A DNA stretch of 64,000 nt from Isurus oxyrinchus. Its lineage: Eukaryota. The notes beneath the pieces were generated by a model that was not told where the DNA came from, did not search any database, and worked only from the letters and a program-made list of their open reading frames with translations. The position numbers and the translations under genes were made by a program. Position 1 is the stretch's first letter, and every line of letters starts with the position of its first letter. Shown here piece after piece: positions 25,571 to 38,194 of this stretch. The stretch spans positions 11,222,001 through 11,286,000 of the forward strand of contig JANJGN010000034.1 of assembly GCA_026770705.1 (NCBI GenBank), read 5' to 3'.

Positions 25571-26597
25571 CTGAAAATGCAGAAAGAACAAATACTGAAT
25601 TTAATTATCACACGCCAAAAGTAATTGCAACCCAATAGCAATGTATATATATATCTAAGTTTCTATTGTCATAGTGCTTGACTGTTTCCAAGTTACAACA
25701 TTCAAAGAATAAATCTAGCCATGTTTGAATCCCATAGATCTAGTAGTCACCTCATTTAAATACACCTCTATGCAACTCCATGTACAACCAAATACATGCA
25801 TCTTTATGCGCGTGAACCCACGGTACATTTATAGTTTCTTTCTACAGCTGTTCCTGGCCAATAAAACCCCAGCTGCACGGAATGCAAACCCAATTGCTGA
25901 CTGATATCTTCCAAAATTCCAATAGACATTTAGGTTCCTTTCCACTCCCCTAAAAAAAGAATCCGTACATTTTACATTTCTTCAACTTCCGTCCCCTGAG
26001 CCTTTTAATAAGGTGCATTTTCTTACTATGATGTGACACTGGATGAAATTTGTGTTGGCTCTTTAACAATGCACAACATTGTTGATAGTGACGCAACAGA
26101 TCAGTTTACTTTTGGCCAGGCTCTAATATTTGCTTTTCATTGTAGGAAATTAGGTTGGGAAGGGACATTTAATATTGTCAGTATGGCTAAACAAGCAACA
26201 GGGGATTAGCCGCCTGTTGCACACAATTCCCGTACTTTCCCTTCCAAGGAATAAAAAGGAAAGCAAAAAAGTGGATTCTTCGGGGAATGCACGTGGTGCA
26301 GTGAAACTAATATTTAAAGCGGGGGTTTTACTGACCACTCCACAAAAAGAAAAATTGTTGCTTCGATTTCATGTGTTGAAATATATTGAACAGAAAAGTC
26401 CATGAAGTGTTATTAAGTCGTTACAATACATACATTGAAGTATAAGTAAAGAGCATTATGTGCCGGTTTGGGTATCACGCAGAGACAGTGATGAAAGCAT
26501 GTATATGATGGACTCAAGACCTGTAGTGTCTTGTCCTTATTGGAATTGTGTTGCAGCAGCTACTTTGATTGTTGGGCTTGCTTTTGCAACAACTCAC

Positions 26598-26665
26598 TTT
26601 ACTTTGCACGTGTTCATATGTGCTCAGTTTCTCTGGGCCGCTGACCAATTCCAAGTGACCCTCTC
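26598..26665 (-). pseudogene. Orphan 68-nt exon (GEGHLELVSGPEKLSTYEHVQSK) with an SxYxxV motif
   Basis: gtgagt donor; original acceptor CAG>CAA; paralog at 46965-47032. Confidence 0.6.
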
Positions 26666-28794
26666 TTGCAAAATCAGAGCAGCACTAACACAAACCCACA
26701 AACAAAATGTGTATGTCAGTAATTTGGAATTACTGTTGCTGAATTGAGTTCCTACCAGCTAACGCTGCATTCCTGTGTTGAGTTGCTCCAGCTTTTCCAC
26801 CTATTTAGTGTGTGGGCATGGGTGGGATCTCATTCATTTGATATTATAGATTTCAACCCCTGCAATCTTGTAAATAGTTAGTCAAACTAGTTGAAACTAT
26901 GCCTTATCTGTACTCAGCACAGCAAGAGGGGAAACAGTCAAATAAACAGTTGAAAATAAAATCAGTTTTAGAACTTATGTCTCAACGATCAAACATAATT
27001 TCTTTTATTTTCAGTTGTAAATACAGGGTTTGTAGTTTGAGGACAGAAATTTGCCTAAGCATGTTAGCAATATTAAAAGTAGTAAGACTGCATTAAATCG
27101 AGACATCACAGTATAAGCAATATTTATTTGTATGTATATATTTGGAAACTCTAAATTTATGCATTTCGATAATAAATTGTTAATTCCAAATCTCCTACAT
27201 GAATCTGCAGTCTGATTGTTCATCTGTCAACAAAATTGCTATTGAAGATAATTTTGATGATGTCATATGATTTTGAGGAAAATAAATCAGTTTAGCGAAT
27301 GTTTTCTTTAACAGTTTTGTAATCTCTGGAACCTACAGTTACCATAATCTCAATTATCTAGCTCTGATTATACGTTTATGTCTCCTTAGCTAGATTTCCC
27401 TACTAGTGAACAAGAATGCTCACACTAACCCTATCAGTTCCTTTCACGATCATAAACAACTTCGATCATCATTTAACCTCTACTTCCAAGAGGGTACAAG
27501 CCTGGTCCATATGATCACTTCTCATAAATTTGCGCTTGGAGCCCTGTTAACATCTTCATGACGGGATGCTGAACTCCCACCAAACCTAATAGCTCACATT
27601 GTGCAGTTAGTGGTGAGCGCATTGCAATCACCGTTGAATTAAACAAAGCTGTGTACAATTTTCGAGCAATCCCTATGACATGGATTTCACTTTTACCAAA
27701 GTAATTTTATTGGACAGCATTTCTGGCATCCAGGGATAATGGTATCATCAAATAAGCTAAGCAGCCAATGACGCTGACATCTCAACATACAACAAACCAG
27801 GTAGTACAATCCCCTGATTATTTGGCACTTTTGAACAGAACGTGTTGTGAAAACTTGGTCTAGACATGGAATTAATACAGGAACTGAAATATCATGACCA
27901 GAATTTTTTTTAAAAAAATTCAAAATTTGTCAAAGTTTCTCATAATAGAGAAATTTCACATTCCACAAAGACAAAATTTGTCTTTCAGGTCAAGTGAGTT
28001 CATTCAACAGTCTTTGTGTACTTAGTGTGTTGTTAAACAACTGACTACACAGAATGGCATAAATTTTCTAAGCCTTCGCATTACTCCCAAGGTGTCAAAT
28101 AGCATAAATGCGGAGCTTCATGTCATTTCAGTTAGGGATCTCCCTATGAGGAGTTGAACACTGGACAATATTGAAGATCAGGAAATTACTGCAGGAAACT
28201 CGTGGATTGCAGTGGTTAATTGTGCATATACAAGTTTTCCGACATTAGCAAATGCCCTTCTTATGTGCAATGCCTATTACGTTACCTGACTTTCCAGATG
28301 TGGTCTAATCCCTTGAAATACGGGAGAACAGAGAACTTTGGCAGTTCTCATGCACAAATCAGTAAAATGCAGGTACAAACATCTGGATGTCTGATGGAAT
28401 ATATGCGCTCTTCTCAAGGAGGCTGAAGTGCAAATAGGAGAAAAAAGTGGATTCAATGGACATTAACCAGAATGGAAGCAGGGATTAAATGGTTGAATTA
28501 TAAGGCCACCATTGGCTTCTATTTCCTTCTGTATAGAAAGTTGTCAGATGATCTGATTGAGATGTTTATCATGTTAAAGGAATGTCTGTTAATAGATACC
28601 GACAGACTCCTGAACCTGGACGTGGAATCAAGAATAAGAAGGTATTATCATCATTTTAAAATAACTGCCGTGGAAATGCATTAATGCCCTTTCAGCTGAA
28701 GCATTGAAGTTGTTGCACTGAAAATACACCGCTGCTTTGTTCAGCAGGAAATGTCAGTAGCTTGACCCAGCGTCCATGAAGAAATCTCCGTCGT

Positions 28795-28918
28795 GCACAC
28801 ACACGCAGACACGCACACGTGCACATACACAAACGTACACACACATATATATATATGTATGTATGAATATATTATGTTATAATATATATTATATTATTTT
28901 ATATATCTGAGTGTGTGT
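28795..28918. repeat. (CA)n/(TA)n low-complexity tract
   Basis: Seen directly. Confidence 0.8.
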
Positions 28919-30100
28919 CAAGTGCAGCATGGTCCATGACTTGGAGGTGATGGTGCCAAATACCTGATGCACTTGGCCTTCTCGTTGATGGAAGTCATGA
29001 GTTTCTAACATCTAACCACATGCCAATGGATGATGTCACCATGGGGCAGCATGCTGATGAGTCAGAGGACGCTGACGAGCATAGATGTAGGGCGCCTAGA
29101 GATCTCATTACTTGGCATCGGAAGCAAAAACATTGCTGCATATCGTCAATGTTATAGGTGGGATTGAAATCAAGCGAGAGCTGTCACACTGAGTTGCATA
29201 GCAGAAGAGAGGTGTTAGAGGAGGCTGGAGTGTTGACTAGTTAAAGGCTGCAGGAGAGTTGAGAGGGTGAATCTCGGCGATCAAAAGAACAAAAGATCAC
29301 ATTTGTGAAGGGGCAGGGATGTGCCATTGCTCTGACAGCAAAAGCACTGATCTCAAGCATGATTCTGCAGAAATGATAGGCAAGATATAAGAGATGAAAA
29401 GAAATGAGGCTGATCATTATTGCCCAGAATTATCCCAGAGCATTTGACAGTTTTGGCAGAGGAATGCTATGCCTGACACGCCTCACTGTGAATTTATTAT
29501 GGATAGCTCAAGCAGCACGTGCAGGAACATGCATTGCCGATTCCCTGATGAAACAAAAATGCAAGGGAACAACCTAAATGAGAAAGAAAAAAGTTCTTAT
29601 TGAGAATGGGTGATTAGAACTGGAGTTGTGCATTGGCTGAACACGTTGATAGCTGCATATTTATCAGGCTGAACATAAGAGCAAAGTCAGGTAGATAAAT
29701 GTTTGAAAATGAATTCCTCGGTGACTTGAAGACTTCCTGGAAGAAAGCACGAAGGCAAGTGGGAAGAGATAGGTAAGTGTGATCAAGACCATGGAAATCA
29801 AAAAGCCATATTTGATGTCAAGGATAATACGTGGCTATTTAGATCAGTAAGAGAGTTTATATGGAGAGAGTGGTTTACGGAGCTTCAAAAAAGGACTGCA
29901 GATGGAGGACAGAAGGCAAACTGAAGCGAAGATGCAGATTTATATAAGGAACTGCTCACTAGACGTTGAGAGACGATACCTAACGGATTATTTTTGGAGT
30001 GGCAGTGGAAGGATTTTAAATTAGTTTGAGATCATCAATCTGCTCTCCTTTTATTGCACCGGGTCGCAAACCAGTAATGACCCGTGAGGCACCGTTTAAT

Positions 30101-30107
30101 TTAATGT
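30101..30107 (-). pseudogene. Extra orphan terminal exon (A CAT TAA)
   Basis: Acceptor catttttattcctcag in an extra tandem copy of the 3'-end block. Confidence 0.55.
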
Positions 30108-31740
30108 CTGAGGAATAAAAATGCAAATAAAGTTGATCATAAGTCTCTCTAAGCAATTTTGGTGAAATGTCTCGCTTTGGGAAACAGTGACATATCCTGT
30201 TGCTTATGTGGAGCCAAATTATGTTACCGCAATAGTGGAGTGGATGCTTGCTAAAACGAGAAGCACTTTGGATTCGTTTTCGTTTTTGCTATGCACATTT
30301 GGAATGCTCAATGAAGGGTAAATTAAATGCCATATTACAATATAAGTAATAAAACAATGGTTCTCCGGTCATGTGAGCATTGTTGTGCATTGATTAGCAT
30401 TGAAGAGTGGCGTATTGACTTCTCGTGGAGATAGGCCAAAACGCAGATATATTTTACAAAATGGGGCTGGAGTTGTAGATCCAGAGCACAAACATTGGGG
30501 AGACGTTGGCGTAGTGTTACTGTCAATGGATCTAGAGACCAAGTGTAATGCTCCAGCGACTTTTCATGTCATAAGCATAGGAAGCAGATGGATCAACTAA
30601 TTAAGGTGCTTAATATGTTAAAGAGGTCCAGTTGATATATACAAACATTTGCCTCTGGACATGGAATCAATAATAAGAAGACGTAAGATTTCTTTTGAAA
30701 TAATTTCTAGGGAAAGGGGCGTCAGTCAATGCCCAACATATGTTATTCACCCCTGGCCCTTCAGAAGGCATTAATAACCTCCTAATTAAAGCACAGTGTT
30801 GGGCAACAGGGAAGAAGTGTTATAGGAGGCTGTAGTGTTCAACCGTTATTGGATGCAGGAAGGTTGAAATGCAAAAGCCCAGTGATCAAAGTCACAAACA
30901 GTGACACCTATGAATGATTAGGGAAGTGCCATTGCTCGGTCAGAGATGAAAACTGGCTTCAAGCATGGTGCTGCAGGAAAGAGTGGCGTGGATTGGAGCG
31001 GTGAACACGAACTACGGTCATCATTATTCACTAGACTGATCCAATGGGTAATTTGGAAGCTTTGATACAGGAATGCGATGTTTGATGTGCTCCACTGTGA
31101 TCTGGTTAAGGGTAGCTCGAACGGTTGTGTGCAGCAAAATGTATGCCAAATCCCCGATGTCATAAAGATTAGTGCCATTGCAAGGCAAAGAACAGGCTTG
31201 GGAAACATCAAATTTCTTATTGAGGACAGGGCTTAAACCTGAGTCTTTGGTTGAGCAAAATGAGAGCTATGGGTATATCACAATGAATCGAAGAACAGGG
31301 TGAGGTAGGTGACAGGTGGAAAATGAATTTATCAACGATTTGCACACGTTTGTTCCATAGGAAATCCAGAACTGAACTGGGCGGAGATTGTCAGAGTCTG
31401 ATTAAGACTATGAACGCCCAAAAGCCACGATTGATGTCTAGGTTGAGACGCTGCAGTGGGAATGAGTAAGACAGTTTATATGGAGGGAGACGTTTACTGA
31501 CCTTAGAAAGGGAGTGATATCAAAGGAAGAAGTCAAGCTGACTTAAGATGCAGACTGAATCATGAATATAAGGAATCACTAAGTAGCCGTTAATAGTTGT
31601 AAGGCAATGGTGAATTTTGAGGGTGGCAGTGGAACCATTTTGGAAGATAGGGAGAGAAGTGTCTTGTAACAACACCTTCATTAATTCGTTGTCCTGTTCC
31701 ATCGAGTCACACACAAATGCTCTGACAGCTATCAAGGAAG

Positions 31741-31747
31741 CTAATAT
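31741..31747 (-). other. Terminal exon coding part (A TAT TAG), set Y
   Basis: Acceptor ccctttttgcttctacag; completes ...YSELSR-Y-stop. Confidence 0.65.
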
Positions 31748-32548
31748 CTGTAGAAGCAAAAAGGGAAATAATGTTGATTCTAAATATGTGTAAGAAATTT
31801 TGTTAAATGCATTAGGTTTTGGAAATAGCAACACATTTTATTGCATTTATTGTAGCAGCAGTCTATGCTGCTGCAAGGGTGGTGTGTATTCTTGATGTGT
31901 GATCTTGAATAAAGCCATCAAATACATTGGAAAACAAGATGTGATGTGAGGTCAGACATTGAACTAACTTAACTGTTACAAATTTGAAGCACTTGGGATA
32001 TTTTTCTTGCGCCCTTCACACTTGGGTTACATGCCCAACAGACGATAAATTCAATGCTGTTTTAACATATATGTATAAAACCATGGTTCTCCAGTCCTGT
32101 TGCTCAGTTGTGGAATGATTAGCATAGAAGAGTACGTGGAGAAATAGGATCTGATTGGCCCAAACATGGGTAGGTCCATTTACAAAGATGGCTGCTGTTG
32201 TTGATTAGGAGCATAAACATTGATCTTCCAACTCTCCACATGTGGAATGTTGGCCGAATTTTCGAAACTGTCATGCCCAGTAATGGCATATCCTAATCCT
32301 AAGTTTGAAAATATGAACCTTACATAGTGTGGCAATATGTGGACCTGGCTTATCTTTTAAAACTAGAAAATATGTGCTTGAAAAGATGTGCGCCAAAGGT
32401 CTTCAGACCTGATGTGTGAATTAAAAAGCTGCCAAACTTTCTCGCAACGCCAAAAGAATACAGGCCAGACTAAGAGATTTGAACTTCCATATACAGTACT
32501 GAGACAATCCTAAGGTCATTCCTGAACTGAACGGGTCTTTCTGAAATA

Positions 32549-33194
32549 AAACAAAAAAACTGCGGATGCTGGAAATCCAAAACAAAAACAGAATTACCTG
32601 GAAAAACTCAGCAGGTCTGGCAGCATCGGCGGAGAAGAAAAGAGTTGACATTTCGAGTCCTCATGACCCTTCGACAGAACTTGAGTTCGAGTTCAAGAAA
32701 GAGTTGAAATATAAGCTGGTTTAAGGTGGGGGGGGGGGGGGGGTGGCGGAGAGAGAGAGAGAGGTGGGGGGGGGGGTTGGTTGTAGGGACAAACAAGCAG
32801 TGATAGGAGCAGATCATCAAAAGATGTCAACAACAATAGAACAAAAGAACACATAGGTGTTAAAGTTGGTGATTAGATAATTAGCACATTCGTTTAGATA
32901 ATATCACCAACTTTAACACCTATGTGTTCTTTTGTTCTATTGTTGTTGACATCTTTTGATGATCTGCTCCTATCACTGCTTGTTTGTCCCTACAACCACC
33001 CCCCCACATCTCTCTCTCTCTCCGCCCCCCCCCCCCCACCCCCCCACCTTAAACCAGCTTATATTTCAACTCTTTCTTGGACTCGAACTCAAGTTCTGTC
33101 GAAGGGTCATGAGGATTCGAAACGTCAACTCTTTTCTTCTCCACCGATGCTGCCAGACCTGCTGAGTTTTTCCAGGTAATTCTGTTTTTGTTTT
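32549..33194. mobile_element. Young Penelope-like insertion forming a near-perfect inverted repeat (~297-bp arms at 32577-32873 and 32903-33196)
   Basis: 16-bp direct repeat GGGTCTTTCTGAAATA at 32533-32548 and 33195-33210; empty site in the paralog near 40470. Confidence 0.88.
33092..33130 (+). ncRNA. Minimal type I hammerhead-ribozyme-like motif (variant core); mirror copy on the - strand at ~32643-32681
   Basis: AGTT-CTGTCGA-A-GGGTC(ATGAG)GATTC-GAAA-CGT-C-AACT: stem I, core, stem II, palindromic ACGT stem III, GUC site; core position 6 is U rather than A. Confidence 0.55.
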
Positions 33195-34136
33195 GGGTCT
33201 TTCTGAAATACCGGCGGTTATCGTCAAACAACTAACAAGCAGTGACTTAACAAATTAGCATTAAGTCTACATTTTGAAATGGGAACAGTGAGAAGTCACA
33301 TGACATGGTAGCCATTTTACTCTCCATTTTTAACTCTAACTGCTGTCTGCAGAGACACAGAATCAGCACAAAAGTCAGTGGCATAGGTACCTTAAGAAGG
33401 AGAGACTGCAAAACCAAATGGTCTTTAAACCTGTTAGATTTTGGATCCACCAACACTCAAAATGGATCAGCTGGTAACGAAAACACAAGCAACTGACTTT
33501 GCGACCTTCAGAAATCCCTCTCTTCGCTAAAATCCTGATATCCTCTTCAGCAGGTTACTCCGGTTGTTGAACTTACTAAGCTGCAATTCAGGAGTGGAGC
33601 GATCCTTTCCATTGGGCCTGCAATGCGTGTTTTACAGAATAGGACAATCACGTGAATTATGGACTATTCACTTTGCTTATAGTTTGTAAACGTGCACTGT
33701 TCTTTTCAACTGTACTTTCTTTGAGTGTGTTTGTGCGTGTGACTGCCTGAGTGGCGGCAATAGCGTTACATTGAGCGTCCAAATTAGCATTTGTATTTAA
33801 ACCCACAAAGAGTTGGCTGTCGGATATTCAAATTGTCACGCACGCAGGGACTAATAACCATACATATATTCTTTTGAAAATTGTACTGAAAACGGACCGT
33901 AGGGAAGGGAGCAAGAATTTCAGTGGTTCTCCTTCCTTACCGCGTCTGTAACACCCCCATTCCCCTTCTGACCGTCTAAGGTGATGGCTGCCAAAGCACA
34001 GAACAAATTTAAGATAACTTGATCAAGAAGTAAACTGCTCAGTACACGGCAGTAGTTTGCCTTTGGAATGAAGGAAAATCACCGTCGTAAGCTTTAATAT
34101 TATTAACTTAAATCAGCATTGTCAGTTGTTACTTTC

Positions 34137-34562
34137 GCAGAATTCAAATAATACCTTCAGTATTGCTGAAAAAAGAGACGTTGAAGTTGTTCGTCTTGCA
34201 CTTATCAGGACACTTCGCAAGAACACCAATTTAAGGGGGGACGGGGAAAAACTTTAGACTGTATATAAAGAGAATGCAAGGCAAGTGGACACTGATTGGT
34301 AGTGGCTTTGGTATGGAGAATGCGCCAGAGATGGTGGCTAGCAGTTACCTGTCAAGAATTGTTTGAAATTTAAACCAGGCAGCTTGATCCTGATTGATCA
34401 AGAGGAAAGAATCAGTGAACAGCTATCACTTATGTTGCTTTGTTATGTTTTGTTTTGTTCCCCTTATGTGGGCATTCTTGCAAGTGTTCTGGTGAGTGCA
34501 AGACGAAAGACTTCAACATGTCCCTTTTACAGCAATACTGAAGGTATTGTTTGAATTCTGCA
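34137..34562. mobile_element. Second-family Penelope pLTR inverted-repeat insertion with degenerate hammerhead motifs
   Basis: Arms ATACCTTCAGTATTGCTG / CAGCAATACTGAAGGTAT; TGTT-CTGGTGA-GTGCAAGAC-GAAA-GACTTC-AACA at 34485-34518; absent from paralogs near 22800 and 41600. Confidence 0.7.
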
Positions 34563-35029
34563 TGTAGTATGAAGTCTTTGACCCAAAGCAACAGCATTTT
34601 AGAAAACAATCCAAATATTTGCACACAGGTCACAATATATTCCAACAACAGGTGTCTTCCTCAATCGGACTGTGGACCGTTCATCCAGTGTTCAAAGTTC
34701 CGAGGGGCAAGTGCTGAAATTGAAATCACTAGGCCTGGTAATTTGTGAGCGAGCACTGAATAAAAACTATGAAATTGGTTTTATAGTAAAACCCGACTAG
34801 TTCAGTAATGCCTTTCCTGGAAAATTGCATTTCTCCTGATTCAGTCTACATCACCATCAAGTCTTACAAGATTTCATTGACACTTAATACTATGAGGACC
34901 CGTGGAGATCTTATATAACCACTACCCTGCCATTTGATAGCCCTATCGTGAGAACAAATGCAAATGCCTAAAGTTCATATATTTCTTTTTAATATGATAG
35001 ATGATTTGTGAAATTTTCTATCCTCAGAC

Positions 35030-35073
35030 CTCGACAGTTCGCTGTAATCTGACTGATCCTGCAGTTGTAATCC
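35030..35073 (-). other. Second ITAM exon, set Y, open (GLQLQDQSDYSELSR)
   Basis: ttcattttaacag acceptor, 44 nt, phase 0-2, weak donor gtctga. Confidence 0.8.
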
Positions 35074-35202
35074 CTGTTAAAATGAAGAAAAAAATAAGTG
35101 CATTTAGTTTTGGTGAACAGCAATCGACAGTGGTAAAATAGACTGAGGTGAAATAAATTGCGAGAGTATAATTTAATGAAATGTGCAAAATAATGTCCTG
35201 AC

Positions 35203-35244
35203 CATGTAAGGAGAGCTTTCACTAAATGGTTTTGTAGCTGGTTC
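35203..35244 (-). other. First ITAM exon, set Y, open (EPATKPFSESSPYM)
   Basis: ttttatttgcacag acceptor, gtcagg donor, 42 nt, phase 0-0. Confidence 0.8.
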
Positions 35245-36944
35245 CTGTGCAAATAAAATTTGAAAAACAAAATATAAGCAACTGACACAAACCATCTATG
35301 CCCCGGTCAATATTCAATTCCTTGACTATATTAGAACTGAATATGGGATAGAGCGTATCATAGACAATACACACATACCTTTGATATGCCCTGCCCAAAA
35401 TTTCAGTCGTAAAGTTAAACTCATGACGCCATTACAGAACACACAACACTTGTTCGTTGCACTGGGTGGCTGAGAAGTATAAGGAGTGAACTGTTACGAA
35501 ACTGCAGGGCATAGAATAGGCGGGCAATATGTTTGAACTTCAATGTGTTAAGAAGAAATTTCACCCAAATGGTATTTCGCAATCACCCTGTCAATAGCGA
35601 AGGTATAGCTGAGAAAGCAGAACAGGAAAACAACAACTTGTCTTTATATAGTTCCATTAACTTAATGATCGGACCCAAGGCACTTTGCACTCCTATCACT
35701 AAACAAAATTTGTCAACATCTAGATAACGTAGAACCTCAGGATACTAGAAGCTCCAACACGACTGCTGAAAATAATGAAAGTTAAAAATGAAATGAACTC
35801 TTCTGAAATCAATTCCACGAAGAATGGTCAATGAAATGAAAAGGGTTTCTTTTGGAAATAAGAGCATATAAGGAGGATTTATATTAAAGTTTCAGTTATG
35901 TGATGATTTCATGCCTTTCCCCGTTTATTTGACAACTCCTGCCCCTTTGACTGCGAACTTATTGTCCAATCGCAATTCCGATCACATGCCCTGTTTTCTA
36001 TGGCCTTCCCCTGTCCTCTCCCACACACCAATAACCAATAACGCATTCGCCACCCCCCCCCCCCCACTCCCCCTCCCATCACCAGTGGCCTCCCCCACTC
36101 CCATTACCAGTGGCCTCCCCACTCCCATTACCAGTCACTACCACACTCATCTCACCAGTCCCTCCTACACTCTTATCACCTAACCCCTACCCCACTTCAG
36201 TCTTAAGTCCACTTCCCTACTCCTTTCAGAATTCCCTCCCCAACTCTCGTCTTCCTTGACTACGTTGCCCAGTTCTGTCGCCCACTCCGGTCACTTTTCC
36301 CCTCCCCCAGTCCAATCACCTTTCACCTTTCCAACTCTGATCCCTTTAGGGACTCACAAACAGGAAAGCCAATGGAAAATGGCTGCCAACAGAGAAGAAT
36401 CATGATTTAGGAAGTACACTTCTGTCCGCTTGCTTGGTGTATCACGAAGAGGCATGGAGGCTTGTGCCGTTCAGCATATACCATTTATTGTTTTCACACA
36501 ACTTTACGCATATCTCCAAGGCATAGAACTATCTCGTTGTTGTTTTCATGCTAATTGCTCTCAGACTCTGTACACACTGTATACTATCATGTGACACTCT
36601 ACATCACAATCTGGGCAGTATCTTTCTCCAGTCCCATACTAACTTTTGCATGTCCAATTACACTAAAACAATATAGACTTCGTCAAATTCACGTGTGACG
36701 ACAACAATCACAGGGAAAAATTCATGAACAACACTCATCCCTTGAAGAGGACTTTGTACTGTCAATTCAAACAAGTGCGCTCCGCACATGCGCAGAGCGA
36801 TCGGCGACGTCAACAGCCCGCGTGGGCAAATTCGCCAGTGCCTGGACTGATTCACGCATGCGCGCGTTGCTCCTCCCGCCTCCTCACGCGTAAACGGCTG
36901 TGGCCTCCTAGCGCATGCGCAGAGCGAGGCGCCGTAGCACTTGC

Positions 36945-37726
36945 CAGGGACATGCAGGGCGATTCTTTCGCATGTTTTCGTTTATATTGGCACAGTGTAA
37001 TCTCCACCGTTCCAAACTGTCCATCATTTCAGTAGGAGTGATCCTTTAGGCACGAATAACGCTGTCTTCAATTGTTTGTATTTTTTTATTTATGAAGCTG
37101 GACACACCAGGAATTCCCACGTCCAACCCTTCACACCATCTGAGGGTTTAACAGAAAAAAGACAATGCGTTTCATCTGACAGTCTCATTAATCCGAATGT
37201 TTAAGGGACAGAGAAATCCTGAGACTCAGATGAGGAAAAAAACGCGCAATGAGAAAAGCGGTCAAACTCGGCACAACGTAGGCTATCTTGTAACTATGTT
37301 GATAGTGCTATCTCCACTGTCCAAACCTGTCACTGAATTCAGCAGGGAGGATCCGTACGGGAGGAATAACTCAGCCCGTTCATAGCGTTCAGAGCCTGCA
37401 CGGAGACACTTTGCGATACCTTTGTCCCCGAATTGCTAATTCCCATTCTGCGCCACAGCTGACGGCTCCACCCGAAAAAATGTAGCGTTTCCTCCCACAT
37501 TAAACCGACTGTTTTCTGAGGAAATATATCCAAAATAATAAAAGCGGTCAAACTCGACACAACATACACTTTTCTAATGTGATAATAATAACATCCACTG
37601 ATTTTGTCTGACAATCTCCTGCTGTCGTACTTCTCCAAACATTAGAAGGAGTGATACGAGAAAGTGATCTTCACCCACTGGTATCAATAAGCAGAGAGCT
37701 CCCGCGCTAAGCGTCAGTCTCCCCAT
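36945..37726 (-). pseudogene. CEACAM-like pseudogene B 5' half: signal exon 37675-37726, IgV-1 ~37283-37515, IgV-2 36945-37229
   Basis: MGRLTLSAGALCLLIPV|gtgaag; YERAELFLPYGSSLLNSVTGLDSGD; second V with acceptor CAT and GC donor; multiple stops and frameshifts. Confidence 0.88.
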
Positions 37727-38194
37727 CCTGAGAGAACCGCGCCAGTCTCTGTTAAACTCGGTGACTGATCCGTTCCCCCTGGTGTACAGAGGAGATCAAT
37801 TCAATCATTTACTGAAGCGGCAATGCTGTTTAGACCCAGCCTTGTTCATCTGTCCGGAAACTCATTCACAGTTTCCGAACGTTTCTATGCTGGACATAGT
37901 GTGTAAACGAAAATAAATGCATTTCTACTGGGCCGAGTGCTGGTCACCAGCCTGGCAACTCATCCCACGGAGAGGGAGCTGCTATATTGCAGTAATATAT
38001 TCGAAATATTCATGCGCGTAGCGTTTTGTTTTTTCAGTGTGCATTCACCATTTTTGATTTGGCGGAGTAACATTGGGGAGCCGGTGCAGACACGATGGAC
38101 CGAATGGCCTCTTTTTGTTCCGTTAAAGTTCCGTGATTCTGTGACTCTGAGATTTTCATCCAAGAACAGAAAGTGACTACGTTGCCGACTGATG

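Noticed and set aside
27011-27223. Hydrophobic run AVLLLLILLTCLG
   Set aside because: Too short, no GT donor, no counterpart in the paralogous set
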